A DNA stretch of 64,000 bases. Source: Thermoplasmatota archaeon (GTDB taxonomy: Archaea > Thermoplasmatota > E2 > DHVEG-1). A program made the translations under genes and the position numbers. The stretch is taken from positions 11,263 through 75,262 of the forward strand of contig JAWABU010000001.1 of the NCBI GenBank assembly GCA_038884455.1. The letters run 5' to 3'. This document shows positions 62,709 through 64,000 of this stretch, piece after piece; within the stretch, counting starts at the first letter, position 1, and each line of letters begins with the position of its first letter. The notes under the pieces are model-generated. The model was not told the origin of the DNA, searched no databases, and saw nothing but the letters and a program-made list of their open reading frames with translations.

Positions 62709-64000
62709 ATGACCGAAACCGCACATGAAAAACAGATCAAGCAGCATAACATCCAATGGATACAACTCCATTTTACCGATTTGATCGGTCGACTGCGAGT
62801 ATTACATATCCCGGTAGAACGCTTTCTAAAAGAAGTTATCCCTGATGGCATTGGTTTCGATGGATCCTCAGTTGGTATGGCAAAGGTTGAAAAGTCAGAT
62901 ATGTTGATCATACCTGATCTGTCAACATTTTTAGTTCTGCCTCATGAACAAGGAGAAGCACGAGTTATCGGAAACGTCTATGACACAACAAAACAACCTT
63001 TTTTTGGAGATCCTCGATTCATCCTCCAGAAAGCAAAAAACAACGTGATCCAGAGTGGATTTGATGAGATTAAATTTTCCCCTGAAATGGAATTCTATGT
63101 TTTTGATGAGCATAACGATGAACTGTATGAAACAAATGAAAAACAAGGATATTTTACCTCGTCTCCTTTTGATAATGTAAAAACCTTCAGAAAAACAGTA
63201 TCAGAATATCTCCTCGCAAGCAACATCAACGTCAAATATCATCACCATGAATCAGGAAAACATCAACATGAAGTTGAAATAAAATCAATGGACGTTCTCG
63301 ACGCAGCTGATTACTGCATCTACTTCAAATTTCTCACAAGAGACATTGCTCAAAAATTTAACCTTGTCGTTACCTTTATGCCGAAACCATTTTCAACTGA
63401 TGCTGGAAGCGGTATGCATGCTCATGTTGCACTTTACAAAAACCAAAAAAATATGTTTTACGATGAATCAGATCCCTATCACCTCAGCCAAACCGCACGC
63501 TATTTCATCGGGGGAATCCTTGACCATTCTCGAGGAATGGCAGCAATTGCAAATCCAACATTAAATTCATACAAACGACTCATCCCAAATTTTGAAGCCC
63601 CAATTTATATTGCCTGGGCGCAACATAACCGAAGTAGTCTTATTCGCATTCCTGCTCGAAAAAACATTGATGTTGAGATTCGAAATGGTGACCCTGCAGC
63701 AAACCCATATCTCTTCTTTGCCACAATTCTTTATGCAGGTTTAGACGGTATAAAAAAGAAGATAACTTACGAACCCATTGAAAAAAACATCTACAAAATG
63801 AGTGAAGAATCACTCAAACTTGGTATTAAAAAATTACCAACAAATCTCCATGAGGCACTCGAAGAACTGCAGAGTGATTCAATCATTACGCAGGCACTTG
63901 GAAAAGATGCTGTTGAATTATTTGTTGAAACAAAAATCAAAGAATGGCAACAGTACATCGCTGAAATTACCGACCTTGAATACAAGTTATATTTCCACTG
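62709..64000 (+). CDS. glnA: Glutamine synthetase type I; the 3-prime end lies beyond the window.
   Basis: MTETAHEKQIKQHNIQWIQLHFTDLIGRLR...; ATP-binding GSGMHAHV and NPYL motifs. Open frame continues to position 64000. Absent from the ORF track because no stop falls in the window. Confidence 0.85.
   Translation, partial: MTETAHEKQIKQHNIQWIQLHFTDLIGRLRVLHIPVERFLKEVIPDGIGFDGSSVGMAKVEKSDMLIIPDLSTFLVLPHEQGEARVIGNVYDTTKQPFFGDPRFILQKAKNNVIQSGFDEIKFSPEMEFYVFDEHNDELYETNEKQGYFTSSPFDNVKTFRKTVSEYLLASNINVKYHHHESGKHQHEVEIKSMDVLDAADYCIYFKFLTRDIAQKFNLVVTFMPKPFSTDAGSGMHAHVALYKNQKNMFYDESDPYHLSQTARYFIGGILDHSRGMAAIANPTLNSYKRLIPNFEAPIYIAWAQHNRSSLIRIPARKNIDVEIRNGDPAANPYLFFATILYAGLDGIKKKITYEPIEKNIYKMSEESLKLGIKKLPTNLHEALEELQSDSIITQALGKDAVELFVETKIKEWQQYIAEITDLEYKLYFH

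Overview
Archaeal chromosomal window, AT-rich (roughly 38-40% GC by eye), judged archaeal from the 16S signature CAGCCGCCGCGGUAA, class III-signal pilins, a class I LysRS and CDP-archaeol synthase. I cannot place the lineage more precisely by eye; several proteins resemble Thermococcales/Methanococcales-type homologues, but this is an impression, not a search result. All similarity calls are from reading the provided translations against remembered family signatures; no database search was run.

Main content:
- A complete minus-strand rRNA operon: 16S, tRNA-Ala(TGC), 23S and a 5S that appears to carry a ~130-nt structured insertion, plus tRNA-Asp and a second tRNA-Ala(CGC).
- Two tandem giant secreted proteins: a DUF2341-like N-terminal domain followed by ~45-aa repeats, next to an unrelated 893-aa one.
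- A long minus-strand operon: GfcR-like regulator, class I LysRS, MtaB-like methylthiotransferase, bacterial-type GAPDH and PGK.
- Alanyl-tRNA synthetase with an unannotated Sec61beta/SecG ORF.
- A signalling island: HTH regulator with an abutting mini zinc-ribbon ORF, a CheY-like receiver, an uncharacterised 399-aa triple-repeat protein, a HAMP histidine kinase and a HAMP-PAS-PAS sensor.
- Fermentative metabolism: alanine aminotransferase, the four-subunit pyruvate:ferredoxin oxidoreductase (porGDAB) and an ADP-forming acetyl-CoA synthetase alpha subunit.
- Three PilA-like (DUF1628-type) pilins and an A24 prepilin peptidase.
- CoA biosynthesis (pantoate kinase, CoaBC), Usp, Hjc and CBS/zinc-ribbon proteins.
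- A 962-aa tail-anchored surface protein (Ntn-hydrolase-like domain, PQQ-type beta-propeller, acidic tail).
- Two divergent COG1373 AAA ATPase paralogues bracketed by three copies of an ~60-80 bp direct repeat, next to a HepT/MNT toxin-antitoxin pair.
- A cysD-cysN-DHH-cysC sulfate-activation operon.
- DnaJ, CarS-like, Tsr3-like, Trm5-like, XPD helicase, an unannotated Trm112-like ORF, an HD-OB nuclease-like protein, Hsp20 and the 5-prime part of glutamine synthetase.

The most unusual signals:
- the expanded 5S rRNA;
- the repeat-bracketed ATPase/TA island;
- the triple-repeat protein inside the two-component cluster;
- a frameshifted Lrp/AsnC gene at an A7 tract;
- the giant repeat-rich secreted proteins.
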